From: a virus
DNA length: 64,000 bases
IMG/VR virus record: IMGVR_UViG_3300045135_002262
Span: 14,783-78,782 of that record
Direction: 5' to 3' (one strand)
The notes beneath the pieces are model-generated. The model was given only the letters and a program-made list of their open reading frames with translations, was not told where the DNA came from and searched no databases. Shown here one piece after another: positions 8,137 through 15,432 of the stretch; within the stretch, counting starts at the first letter, position 1, and every line of letters begins with the position of its first letter. A program made the translations under genes and the position numbers.

Positions 8137-8934
8137 TTATCCTCTACCGAAAATCTTTTTGAAGATACCAAAAATGCCTCTTCTAGACCTTTGTTTCTTA
8201 GGCTTTGCTTCTTCAATAGGTCTTTCAATCCTTTCTGAATTAGGATCATCAACCGCAGTCCAAATTTCATAATGCACCCCAAAATCAGAATATGGATATA
8301 TTGTGTGACCTGCGTTAGCCCAGCTTTTACCCCATGAATTTCTTAAAATAAAACCTTGGCTATTATAACCTACAATAACTAAAGCGTGGCCACCTAATTT
8401 TTGATCACCGAATGACGGTTTCCAGAATGTATCGCCATCGTTATAAACAGGCATTGCAATATATGCAGGCCCATTCTTATAAATAGATTTCTTTAAGCCT
8501 TCAATAGTTTGAATTCTGGCATAACCAATAATTTTATGATTTGCTGCTTCATTTAAAACCCATGCAGGAATATTTTGAAGTTCCTTCATTTTTCTGCGGT
8601 GATATGACTTTGCAGTTGGAATACCATATTGTTTAAGAATATGCATTGTATGTCTTGGTTGCATACCTTTTTGTGGGCGGTTAGGTCTAAGATTATAAAC
8701 GAAATGTGTAGATAATTGATCTGTTAAACCATAATCCTTTCTTTCCTGCCACATTTTAATTGCTGCGGCTGCATATGCAGAACAAGGACCGTCAACACCT
8801 TGATCCCATACGGGTGGCATTTCATTTCTTAAATCTATAGATCTTGGATATTTATTATCCGGCTGTAAGGCTTCAATGACTAAATCTCTTGGATCGTCTT
8901 CTGAAAGCGCTATAGTATTTACGTCATATCTCAT
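8137..8934 (-). CDS. C1 (papain-like) cysteine peptidase
   Basis: DQG..GPCSAYA, GGHALVIVGY, RNSWG; preceded by GATATATA at 8939-8946. Confidence 0.9.
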   Translation of the reverse strand: MRYDVNTIALSEDDPRDLVIEALQPDNKYPRSIDLRNEMPPVWDQGVDGPCSAYAAAAIKMWQERKDYGLTDQLSTHFVYNLRPNRPQKGMQPRHTMHILKQYGIPTAKSYHRRKMKELQNIPAWVLNEAANHKIIGYARIQTIEGLKKSIYKNGPAYIAMPVYNDGDTFWKPSFGDQKLGGHALVIVGYNSQGFILRNSWGKSWANAGHTIYPYSDFGVHYEIWTAVDDPNSERIERPIEEAKPKKQRSRRGIFGIFKKIFGRG

Positions 8935-8946
8935 AAACTATATATC

Positions 8947-9486
8947 CTACTTGATCAAAAGATATGGCTTCCATGCTTCGTAGATGTGATTTAATTGCTT
9001 TAATAGCATTAAATAATGTGGCTTAGATGGTTTGTCTATCTTAACACCAAATTCTTTAAGCGAAAGATCAGCTTTAGAGTGATTACATTTTAAACAAGCA
9101 GTAACCAGATTATCCCATGTATTTCCACCACCCTTTGACTGTGGTACAACATGATCAATCGTTAGTTTACGTTTATCTCTAGCACCACAATATACACACT
9201 GGTAATTATCGCGCTTAAATACGTTTTGACGACTTGGAGGAATCTTATGTTTAGAATGTTTTACGTAACGTGGAATACGAATAATTGAAGGCTTATTGAT
9301 CTTTAAGTCTTCATCAACCATTTTAAAACAAACTGGGTGATTTTCAATCACTTCAGCGTTACCTTTATAAACAATGACAAATGCCCTTGAAGATGAAACA
9401 ATACTTCTAGGCATATATGAGGAATCTAGTACTAGAGTTTTTTTGTAATCCGGCCCATTGCCGTATTCTTGTGCATCTTCACTCAT
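8947..9486 (-). CDS. HNH endonuclease (McrA-like)
   Basis: RDNYQCVYCG...TIDHVVPQSKGG..TWDNLVTAC.KCN..K. Confidence 0.92.
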   Translation of the reverse strand: MSEDAQEYGNGPDYKKTLVLDSSYMPRSIVSSSRAFVIVYKGNAEVIENHPVCFKMVDEDLKINKPSIIRIPRYVKHSKHKIPPSRQNVFKRDNYQCVYCGARDKRKLTIDHVVPQSKGGGNTWDNLVTACLKCNHSKADLSLKEFGVKIDKPSKPHYLMLLKQLNHIYEAWKPYLLIK

Positions 9487-9502
9487 TTTGTTTGTTTAAT
9501 TG

Positions 9503-9576
9503 CTCCTCCTCTTGGGCTCGAACCAAGGACACCCTGATTAACAGTCAGGTGCTCTAACCAACTGAGCTAAGGAGGA
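9503..9576 (-). tRNA. tRNA-Asn(GTT)
   Basis: Cloverleaf, anticodon loop CTGTTAA. Confidence 0.95.
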
Positions 9577-9587
9577 ATGTTAATTAA

Positions 9588-9663
9588 TGGTCGGGAAGAC
9601 AGGGCTCGAACCTGCGACCCCACGGTCCCAAACCGTGTGCGCTACCACCTGCGCCACTTCCCG
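9588..9663 (-). tRNA. tRNA-Pro(TGG), CCA encoded
   Basis: Cloverleaf, loop TTTGGGA. Confidence 0.95.
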
Positions 9664-9672
9664 TAAAATTAG

Positions 9673-9746
9673 TGAACCCGACAGGATTCGAACCTGTGAC
9701 CGTCTGCTTAGAAGGCAGATGCTCTATCCAGCTGAGCTACGAGTCC
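9673..9746 (-). tRNA. tRNA-Arg(TCT)
   Basis: Cloverleaf, loop CTTCTAA. Confidence 0.95.
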
Positions 9747-9769
9747 ATTCTTTAAATAAAAAATTGTTT

Positions 9770-9832
9770 AGGGCTACCTGTTTGCGAGTGATCTAGAATC
9801 GCCTTAAGCCGGACTTTCGCCTCTAACTCCCT
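9770..9832 (-). ncRNA. small structured RNA, motif shared with 14827-14879
   Basis: AGGG-AGTT-[GGC GAAA GTC hairpin]-GGCT...AAACAG...CCCT. Confidence 0.45.
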
Positions 9833-9845
9833 TTATGTGTAGTTG

Positions 9846-9917
9846 TAGTCCGTACGAGAATCGAACTCGTGTCTTCACCGTGAAAGGGTGATGTCCTAAC
9901 CCCTAGACGAACGGACC
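9846..9917 (-). tRNA. tRNA-Glu(TTC)
   Basis: Cloverleaf, loop CTTTCAC. Confidence 0.95.
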
Positions 9918-9922
9918 AATTT

Positions 9923-9999
9923 TGGCGGTCTGGACGAGATTCGAACTCGCGACCCCATGCGTGACAGGCATGTATTCTAACCAACTGAACTACCAGACC
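9923..9999 (-). tRNA. tRNA-Asp(GTC), CCA encoded
   Basis: Cloverleaf, loop CTGTCAC. Confidence 0.95.
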
Positions 10000-10003
10000 A
10001 ATT

Positions 10004-10072
10004 GTAGGTCATCGCTTAACCTACTGAAGTTGATCAGACTTCATTTGAGTACATCAACAGACGCTCGACGAT
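10004..10072 (-). ncRNA. three-hairpin spacer RNA between tRNA-Ser and tRNA-Asp
   Basis: TGAAGT-CTGATCA-ACTTCA and GTAGGT...ACCTAC perfect stems. Confidence 0.4.
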
Positions 10073-10077
10073 TTTTG

Positions 10078-10162
10078 CAGAGGAAGAGGGATTCGAACCC
10101 CCGGTAGCTTGCACTACGCTGGTTTTCAAGACCAGTCCATTCGACCGCTCTGGCATTCCTCT
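10078..10162 (-). tRNA. tRNA-Ser(TGA)
   Basis: Class II cloverleaf, loop CTTGAAA, long variable arm. Confidence 0.95.
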
Positions 10163-10209
10163 GTAAGTCTTTATATATTTGCTATTGTAACAAATATAGT
10201 CTAAATTTG

Positions 10210-10280
10210 TTACCCGACTAGGATTCGAACCTAGAATGACTGGACCAAAACCAGTAGTGTTGCCGTTACACCATCGGGCA
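10210..10280 (-). tRNA. tRNA-Gln(TTG)
   Basis: Cloverleaf, loop TTTTGGT. Confidence 0.93.
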
Positions 10281-10281
10281 T

Positions 10282-10483
10282 TAAAAAAGATCAACCCACT
10301 AAATTCTCGGTAAACAAATATAGGGTTGATCTGTACAGCCTGGTTGCGTATGTTGACTGCCATAACACCGATCGCAATGATGAGGCCAATTTATTTCCGT
10401 CATATTTCTATAACCGCCAGTGTTGCCTTTCGAAGTGCTTTCACTAACTTATTTCTTCCAGGAGCCTGGCAGGTCCTGTTAGT
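10282..10483 (-). ncRNA. multi-hairpin structured RNA between tRNA-Leu and tRNA-Gln
   Basis: Stems ACTAAC/GTTAGT, CCAGG/CCTGG, GTTATA-GAAA-TATGAC, GGCCT/AGGCT, GATCAACCC/GGGTTGATC. Confidence 0.5.
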
Positions 10484-10518
10484 ATACTCACAATCTACTT
10501 TTTCTATCATCACTTTTG

Positions 10519-10604
10519 TACCACGGGACGGGCTCGAACCGTCACGGCCATTGCTGGCCATCGGATTTTAAGTCCGACGTGTCTACCAATTCCACCACCA
10601 TGGC
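10519..10604 (-). tRNA. tRNA-Leu(TAA)
   Basis: Class II cloverleaf, loop CTTAAAA. Confidence 0.95.
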
Positions 10605-10658
10605 ATAGTACTAATTTCCTCAAGTCAAAGAACTTTCTTTGTTCTGTATTTATACTGT

Positions 10659-10689
10659 CAAATATAACCAAAGTTTCTCAAACAAAAAA
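10659..10689 (-). promoter_or_regulatory. class I (host-sigma/early-like) promoter for the tRNA cluster
   Basis: T-tract...TATATTTG matching the Bacteroidota -7 box TAnnTTTG. Confidence 0.6.
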
Positions 10690-10715
10690 CTTTTTAGCGA
10701 TTATTTTCGCAATAT

Positions 10716-11408
10716 TTATTTAAATTTCATCTTTCTACCTTTAGTCCATCCTTCAGATAGATAAGAATCAATTTCTGTATTTTTTATCTTAATACATTGT
10801 TTTGTTTCAACGTTATGAATCCAACATGTACCGAATTGTGAGTTTTTTTCTCCACTTTGTTTTCCTTTAGAAGATTCTGCAATTTTAGCTTTGGTCTCAG
10901 AACTGTGAGTTCTTCCTTTCCAATTACCCCATTGCTTTGGAATTCTTCTTCCTTCTTTAATTGCTTTATAGTAAGCTTCACTTATTGCTTTACTATTTTT
11001 AGCAGCGTATTCGGGATCAGTTTGTCTTAAACGTTTTATAGTTTCCATTGCCCTTTTCCCTCCTTTTGCGAGCTGTTCTTTAGTCATTGTCCCAGCACCT
11101 CCTTGTCCACCAATCGCAAGATTCATGCACAATGTGTCATTAAGCAATTCTTCATTAACTAGCTCAGCTTCACGTTGCTTTAATTCTTTTCTAGTTGGAA
11201 GAAACTCTAGGATTTCTGTTTGATGATTTTCAAGTCCGTGTTTATTTATAGAATACCATAAATGTTTACCAGAACCTACATATCCATCATCTAGATTATC
11301 CGTAGAGTGCATACCTATATAATACTTATTTGTAATCAAACACATAGTTTTATAGATATAATGATATTTCCTTCTAGAAGCTCTTCTAACTTTATTGCCA
11401 TTTTCCAT
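10716..11408 (-). mobile_element. free-standing GIY-YIG homing endonuclease (Seg-like) with NUMOD3 motif
   Basis: YIYKTMCLITNKYYIGMHST...YVGSG; HSSETKAKIAES; located inside the tRNA cluster. Confidence 0.88.
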
Positions 11409-11447
11409 AGTTTATATATCTACGAAAAATGGCAAAAAGTTTCACGG

Positions 11448-11520
11448 AGCCTCCAGCCGGATTCGAACCGACGACCCGCACATTACAAATGTGCTGCTCT
11501 ACCAGCTGAGCTATGGAGGC
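11448..11520 (-). tRNA. tRNA-Thr(TGT)
   Basis: Cloverleaf, loop TTTGTAA. Confidence 0.95.
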
Positions 11521-11524
11521 AAAT

Positions 11525-11584
11525 CACTCTATATCCTTGCGGCCTTACTTCCAATTCCCAATCGGGTCTCTTCGTTATAGAGTG
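11525..11584 (-). ncRNA. stem-closed small RNA/leader 5' of tRNA-Thr
   Basis: Perfect 9-bp stem CACTCTATA/TATAGAGTG enclosing CCC-GATT-GGG and CC-GCAA-GG. Confidence 0.45.
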
Positions 11585-11609
11585 CAATCATTATTTCCAA
11601 AGAACATAG

Positions 11610-11638
11610 ATTATACCAGGCATAATCCGAATGTTTCA
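11610..11638 (-). promoter_or_regulatory. class II promoter TGAAAC-N17-TATAAT
   Basis: Recurrent motif. Confidence 0.7.
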
Positions 11639-11666
11639 ATGTATAAAACATATTTATCTACTTTTT

Positions 11667-13187
11667 TTAACCTTTATAACTACTCTTCAAAGAAACGGTA
11701 TGATTCCAAGAATCCCCATCTTTCATATAATATCCATGACGAATAAATTGCACAGGCTCTACATAATCAAGACTAACTAACGGTTCTCCGAAAGCTGTAA
11801 TGGTGCCCATATCTAATCCATCAAAATGGTTGAGTTTAATCTCTTCACAGTCTAATCTGTTAACCCAATGGATAGTTCCTTTTGCTTTAACATCTGTCTC
11901 CATACCTGAAAAACTGTCTGGGTAGTGCTCACAAAATACTTCCATGATTTTACCATCAACTTCAAGATAATCGACAGCTTTCACAATACAAACTCCTTTT
12001 AGTCTAACATTTCCACCTAATTTTAAGCGGTTGTATTTTCTATTTGCTTCTACTCTAAAATCATCGCGCTCAATCCAAAACTGCTCTGAGTAATTAACCT
12101 TTCGAGACCCGGCTGCAGTATCTTCTGGGTTATTTTCAAGTTGTGCAGTTCCCTCTTCAAATGGTGTAACGATCGTTAATTTAATTGGGTCTTTAACCAC
12201 CATTCTACGCAATGCATTTTGATTTAATTCATCTCGTAAAATACCATCTAATAAACTACGCTCGATTACACTATCGCGCTTGGTAATTCCTACCTTATCA
12301 CAAAAAGTTCTGATCGAGCTTGCTGTATATCCTCTACGTCTTAAACCTTTTAGTGTTGGCATTCTTGGGTCATCCCATCCATCAACTACACCATCTTCAA
12401 CCAATTCTTTTAACCATCTTTTACTTAGTCGAATTCCTTCAACATTAAGTCTTGAGAATTCTATTTGACGTGGTAACGGTCTGTTTAAATCCAAATTCTC
12501 TAAAACCCAGTTATAGAATGGTCGGTGTGGTTCAAACTCTAATGTACAAAGTGAATGAGTAATGCCTTCATACCAATCTGAAAGTGGATGTGCAAAATCA
12601 TACATTGGATAGGCTTTATACTTATCGCCAGTGTTATGGTGAATTGCATCAACTTTACGATAGATCACAGGATCTCTCATCAATAAGTTTGGATCTGCCA
12701 TATCCACTTTAGCTCTTAAGACTGAATTAGATTTACCGTCTAAAAGATCTTGGAATAGCATTGCATTTTCTGAAGCAGTTCTATTTCTATATGGAGAGTC
12801 TTGACCTGGGTTTTCCAGATCACCTTTCATTGCTGCGATTTCTTCACTCGTAGAATCATCAATATATGCAAGTCCTTTCTCGATTAACTCGGCTGCACAA
12901 TCTCTTAAGAAATCAAAATAGTCACTTGCCCAGAATGTATTGTCAGGTTGGAAGCCTAACCAATTAATATCCTCTTTAATACTATCAACAAAGATTTGAT
13001 CTTCTGCTAATGGGTTAGTATCATCGAAACGTAAATTACATTCTGTGTTGTATTTTTTAGCTAAGCCAAAGTTAAGGCAAATAGCTTTAGCATGGCCTAA
13101 ATGTAGATGGCCGTTAGGCTCCGGCGGGAATCTAAAGCGCAGATTCTGCTTATCTCCAGATTCTATAATTTCTTCAATAAAATTCAT
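11667..13187 (-). CDS. glnS: glutaminyl-tRNA synthetase
   Basis: RFPPEPNGHLHLGH, RFDDTNP, YPMYDFAH, HSLCTLEF, LSKR, GWDDPRMPTL, KGTIHWV. Confidence 0.95.
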   Translation of the reverse strand: MNFIEEIIESGDKQNLRFRFPPEPNGHLHLGHAKAICLNFGLAKKYNTECNLRFDDTNPLAEDQIFVDSIKEDINWLGFQPDNTFWASDYFDFLRDCAAELIEKGLAYIDDSTSEEIAAMKGDLENPGQDSPYRNRTASENAMLFQDLLDGKSNSVLRAKVDMADPNLLMRDPVIYRKVDAIHHNTGDKYKAYPMYDFAHPLSDWYEGITHSLCTLEFEPHRPFYNWVLENLDLNRPLPRQIEFSRLNVEGIRLSKRWLKELVEDGVVDGWDDPRMPTLKGLRRRGYTASSIRTFCDKVGITKRDSVIERSLLDGILRDELNQNALRRMVVKDPIKLTIVTPFEEGTAQLENNPEDTAAGSRKVNYSEQFWIERDDFRVEANRKYNRLKLGGNVRLKGVCIVKAVDYLEVDGKIMEVFCEHYPDSFSGMETDVKAKGTIHWVNRLDCEEIKLNHFDGLDMGTITAFGEPLVSLDYVEPVQFIRHGYYMKDGDSWNHTVSLKSSYKG

Positions 13188-13327
13188 CGATCTATAGAAT
13201 TGTTATAATTTATATTATTATACTGTATTTTGGTTAAAAGTTACAATAAAATCTTAAATTTTGCTAAATTTTTTTTAGTTTCAAAATATCAACATATTAT
13301 GCGTAAAACTGACAAATTTGGCAAATT

Positions 13328-13448
13328 GCGGCCTATACATAAAATATAACGGTTTGATAGATAAACTGTTGGAAGGCCGCGCTGAACAGGGGTGCACTAC
13401 GTAGCACGTCAAAAAAAGGTTCAGATGCGCCCAACACGGGAACGCGTC
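13328..13448 (+). ncRNA. GC-rich three-stem element at a divergent intergenic region
   Basis: GCGGCCT/AGGCCGC, CTGAAC/GTTCAG, GATGCG/CGCGTC; G-U pairs indicate plus strand. Confidence 0.45.
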
Positions 13449-13476
13449 AAGCCCACGTGAATAATATATAATTTAT

Positions 13477-13842
13477 ATGGAGCTTTTATCTTTAAATTGG
13501 TATATTTCACAGCCGATTGATTTCGAGCAGAAGCAGTATATGCTCTACGCGTACCTGCAAAATGTAGATAAATCTTTTCTACAGATGCGCGTTAGTCCAC
13601 ATCTTTTACACTTAGAAAGGCTTAACGATAACATGATGGATTTCTACCAGAAGTTTACAAGCTTCGATACGGAATTAGAATCTAAGAGATACAAGTATTT
13701 TTGCTCACCTGCGTTAGAAAACAAAGAAAATGAGTTTCTAACAGAGGTATTTGACATTGTAGATTTCTCTATACCACTCGTACGTGGGAAGATCTTACAA
13801 GGTTATAAAATACTTAAGAAGAATGATCAGCTTCTATATTAA
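13477..13842 (+). CDS. hypothetical protein
   Basis: One of few plus-strand ORFs filling otherwise empty space; W...PIDFEQKQY.L.AYLQ. Confidence 0.7.
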   Translation: MELLSLNWYISQPIDFEQKQYMLYAYLQNVDKSFLQMRVSPHLLHLERLNDNMMDFYQKFTSFDTELESKRYKYFCSPALENKENEFLTEVFDIVDFSIPLVRGKILQGYKILKKNDQLLY

Positions 13843-13942
13843 GACCGATATAAACCTCATTACATTCTTGACAAATGCCATAGGTTCCATGTGACGATGT
13901 TACTATCTTCACATCACCACCACACTTTTTACAAGTTTTCAT
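13814..13942 (-). CDS. small zinc-ribbon protein (42 aa)
   Basis: MKTCKKCGG...CQEC; start just downstream of tRNA-Val. Confidence 0.45.
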   Translation of the reverse strand: MKTCKKCGGDVKIVTSSHGTYGICQECNEVYIGLNIEADHSS

Positions 13943-13944
13943 TG

Positions 13945-14020
13945 TGGGAAATACAGGATTCGAACCTGTGACCCCCCTGCTTGTAAGGCAGGTGCTCTGA
14001 ACCAACTGAGCTAATTTCCC
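13945..14020 (-). tRNA. tRNA-Val(TAC)
   Basis: Cloverleaf, loop CTTACAA. Confidence 0.93.
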
Positions 14021-14046
14021 GGTGCTACTACTCCGATTTATTTATT

Positions 14047-14430
14047 TTACTTTTTTAGATCATTTACTTTATGAGAAAGCAGATCTACAAATGCTGTATT
14101 ATCATTAAATTTAGCATTTAAATCGGCGATGTGTTTTGAAATACCATCTGCCATTTTGTCTGTACGAGAATCAACATACTTATAAAGTTCGTTTAAATTA
14201 TCCTCGTGGTTTTGATAAAGTTTATCAGCATATTCATAATGCTTATGATTTATTTTATCAACTCTATCAATTTCTTGATCGATTCTACGCTCGATCATGT
14301 CGATGCGATCATAAAGATCTTTTTCAGTGTTTGCGAACTCTTTTAGTTCACTCTTAATCCTAAACACACTCACAACAGCCATTACTACAGCCACTGAAAG
14401 CATACCTAAAACAAAATAAAGTGTTTCCAT
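14047..14430 (-). CDS. membrane-anchored coiled-coil protein
   Basis: METLYFVLGMLSVAVVMAVVSVFR then coiled coil; upstream part of the track ORF overlaps tRNAs. Confidence 0.7.
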   Translation of the reverse strand: METLYFVLGMLSVAVVMAVVSVFRIKSELKEFANTEKDLYDRIDMIERRIDQEIDRVDKINHKHYEYADKLYQNHEDNLNELYKYVDSRTDKMADGISKHIADLNAKFNDNTAFVDLLSHKVNDLKK

Positions 14431-14471
14431 AATTCTTAAATTTTTATTTATGGAATAGTAGCACTTTTTAG

Positions 14472-14543
14472 TACGCCGGGAAGGATTCGAACCCTCATCG
14501 CCTGATCCGTAGTCAGGAATTCTATCCATTGAACTACCAGCGC
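14472..14543 (-). tRNA. tRNA-Arg(ACG)
   Basis: Cloverleaf, loop CTACGGA. Confidence 0.95.
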
Positions 14544-14556
14544 AAAAAACATTTAG

Positions 14557-14637
14557 TACACAAGGTGGGAATCGAACCCACACACTTAAAGTACCAGATC
14601 CTAAATCTGGCGCGTCTACCAATTCCGCCACTTGTGC
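14557..14637 (-). tRNA. tRNA-Leu(TAG)
   Basis: Class II cloverleaf, loop TTTAGGA. Confidence 0.95.
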
Positions 14638-14640
14638 AGT

Positions 14641-14734
14641 TTGCCGGGGTGGGATTTGATACCCACACAAAATACCTCCACTCGAGTTGGATATTCTACG
14701 GATGTCCGCGCCTCTGCTGTTGGGCTACCCGGCT
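14641..14734 (-). ncRNA. tRNA-like RNA lacking an anticodon loop
   Basis: Acceptor GCCGGG/CCCGGC, D-arm TAGCC...GGC, collapsed GCGGA-CA-TCCGT arm, long variable arm, T-arm GTGGG-TATCAAAT-CCCAC. Confidence 0.7.
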
Positions 14735-14736
14735 AG

Positions 14737-14819
14737 TTGGAGTGGAGGGACTCGAACCCCCAAGCCTAAAAAGGACCTGATTTACAGTCAGGCGAGCCAA
14801 CCAATTGCTCAACACTCCA
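14737..14819 (-). tRNA. tRNA-Tyr(GTA)
   Basis: Cloverleaf, loop CTGTAAA, extended variable arm. Confidence 0.93.
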
Positions 14820-14826
14820 TTAATAA

Positions 14827-14879
14827 ACAGGGTTTCTGTTTTAAAGTTATCGTACCATCGCGAATGGACAACTCCCTGT
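14827..14879 (-). ncRNA. small structured RNA, motif shared with 9770-9832
   Basis: ACAGGG-AGTTGTC-[CAT..ATG]-GATAACT...AAACAG..CCCTGT. Confidence 0.5.
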
Positions 14880-14886
14880 ATTTTAT

Positions 14887-15040
14887 AGAGGCTCCCTCAC
14901 CGACACGAATCACTTTTCCCATATTCTCTCCGGGGCACTGCCGTTAAATGAGCCACGATGTACACTTCAAATATTCCGACCTACTAAGTGATTTGTTTCA
15001 GTCCATATACTTCAAGGATCCAGATCGCTTCTTCTCCTCT
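14887..15040 (-). ncRNA. ~150-nt multi-stem RNA 3' of tRNA-Ile
   Basis: AGAGG/CCTCT closure, GCGAT/ATCGT, CACTT/AAGTG, CTCAT/GTGAG, CGGCA/TGTCG. Confidence 0.5.
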
Positions 15041-15043
15041 TTG

Positions 15044-15117
15044 TAGTCTCGGGCGGACTCGAACCGCCAACCCCTCGCGTATCAGGCGAGTGCTCTAACC
15101 AATTGAGCTACGAGACT
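15044..15117 (-). tRNA. tRNA-Ile(GAT)
   Basis: Cloverleaf, loop CTGATAC. Confidence 0.95.
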
Positions 15118-15138
15118 TTAAACCATTAAGTAAAGAAC

Positions 15139-15336
15139 TTAGACTTCCATCTGCAAGTCGTGGAAACACTCCTTACATAAGAACTCCATTACAGTTACGT
15201 TTCGAACATCTGCCTCGAAAGGGTTTTCAGTCCAAACACCTAACTCTCGTTCGCAGCTTTCGCAAGTGTCAACTAAGTCGCCGAACAATTCTCTTGCAAC
15301 TGCTTCTTTTTCCTGTTTTGTCATCATCTTTTCCAT
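15139..15336 (-). CDS. small zinc-finger protein
   Basis: CESC...CKEC. Confidence 0.6.
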   Translation of the reverse strand: MEKMMTKQEKEAVARELFGDLVDTCESCERELGVWTENPFEADVRNVTVMEFLCKECFHDLQMEV

Positions 15337-15400
15337 AGTTTTAAAATTTAATTAAGGTTTTCTGTCTCTATTAAATCAACTATCACTGATGATTACTCTA

Positions 15401-15432
15401 CTAATATACGAAATTCCGTTCAGATAAAAAAA
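15401..15432 (-). promoter_or_regulatory. class I (early-like) promoter
   Basis: TTTTTTTATCTG...GAATTTCGTATATTAG; recurrent 32-bp motif. Confidence 0.75.

Noticed and set aside
9804-9824. GAGGCGAAAGTCCGGCTTA resembling RNase P RNA conserved regions
   Set aside because: The element is only ~60 nt between two tRNAs, far too short for RNase P RNA.
9503-15117. Theta (HDV-like) or hammerhead ribozymes at tRNA 3' ends
   Set aside because: I could not fit the nested double-pseudoknot or the CUGAnGA/GAAA core by eye; a motif search would be needed to exclude them formally.
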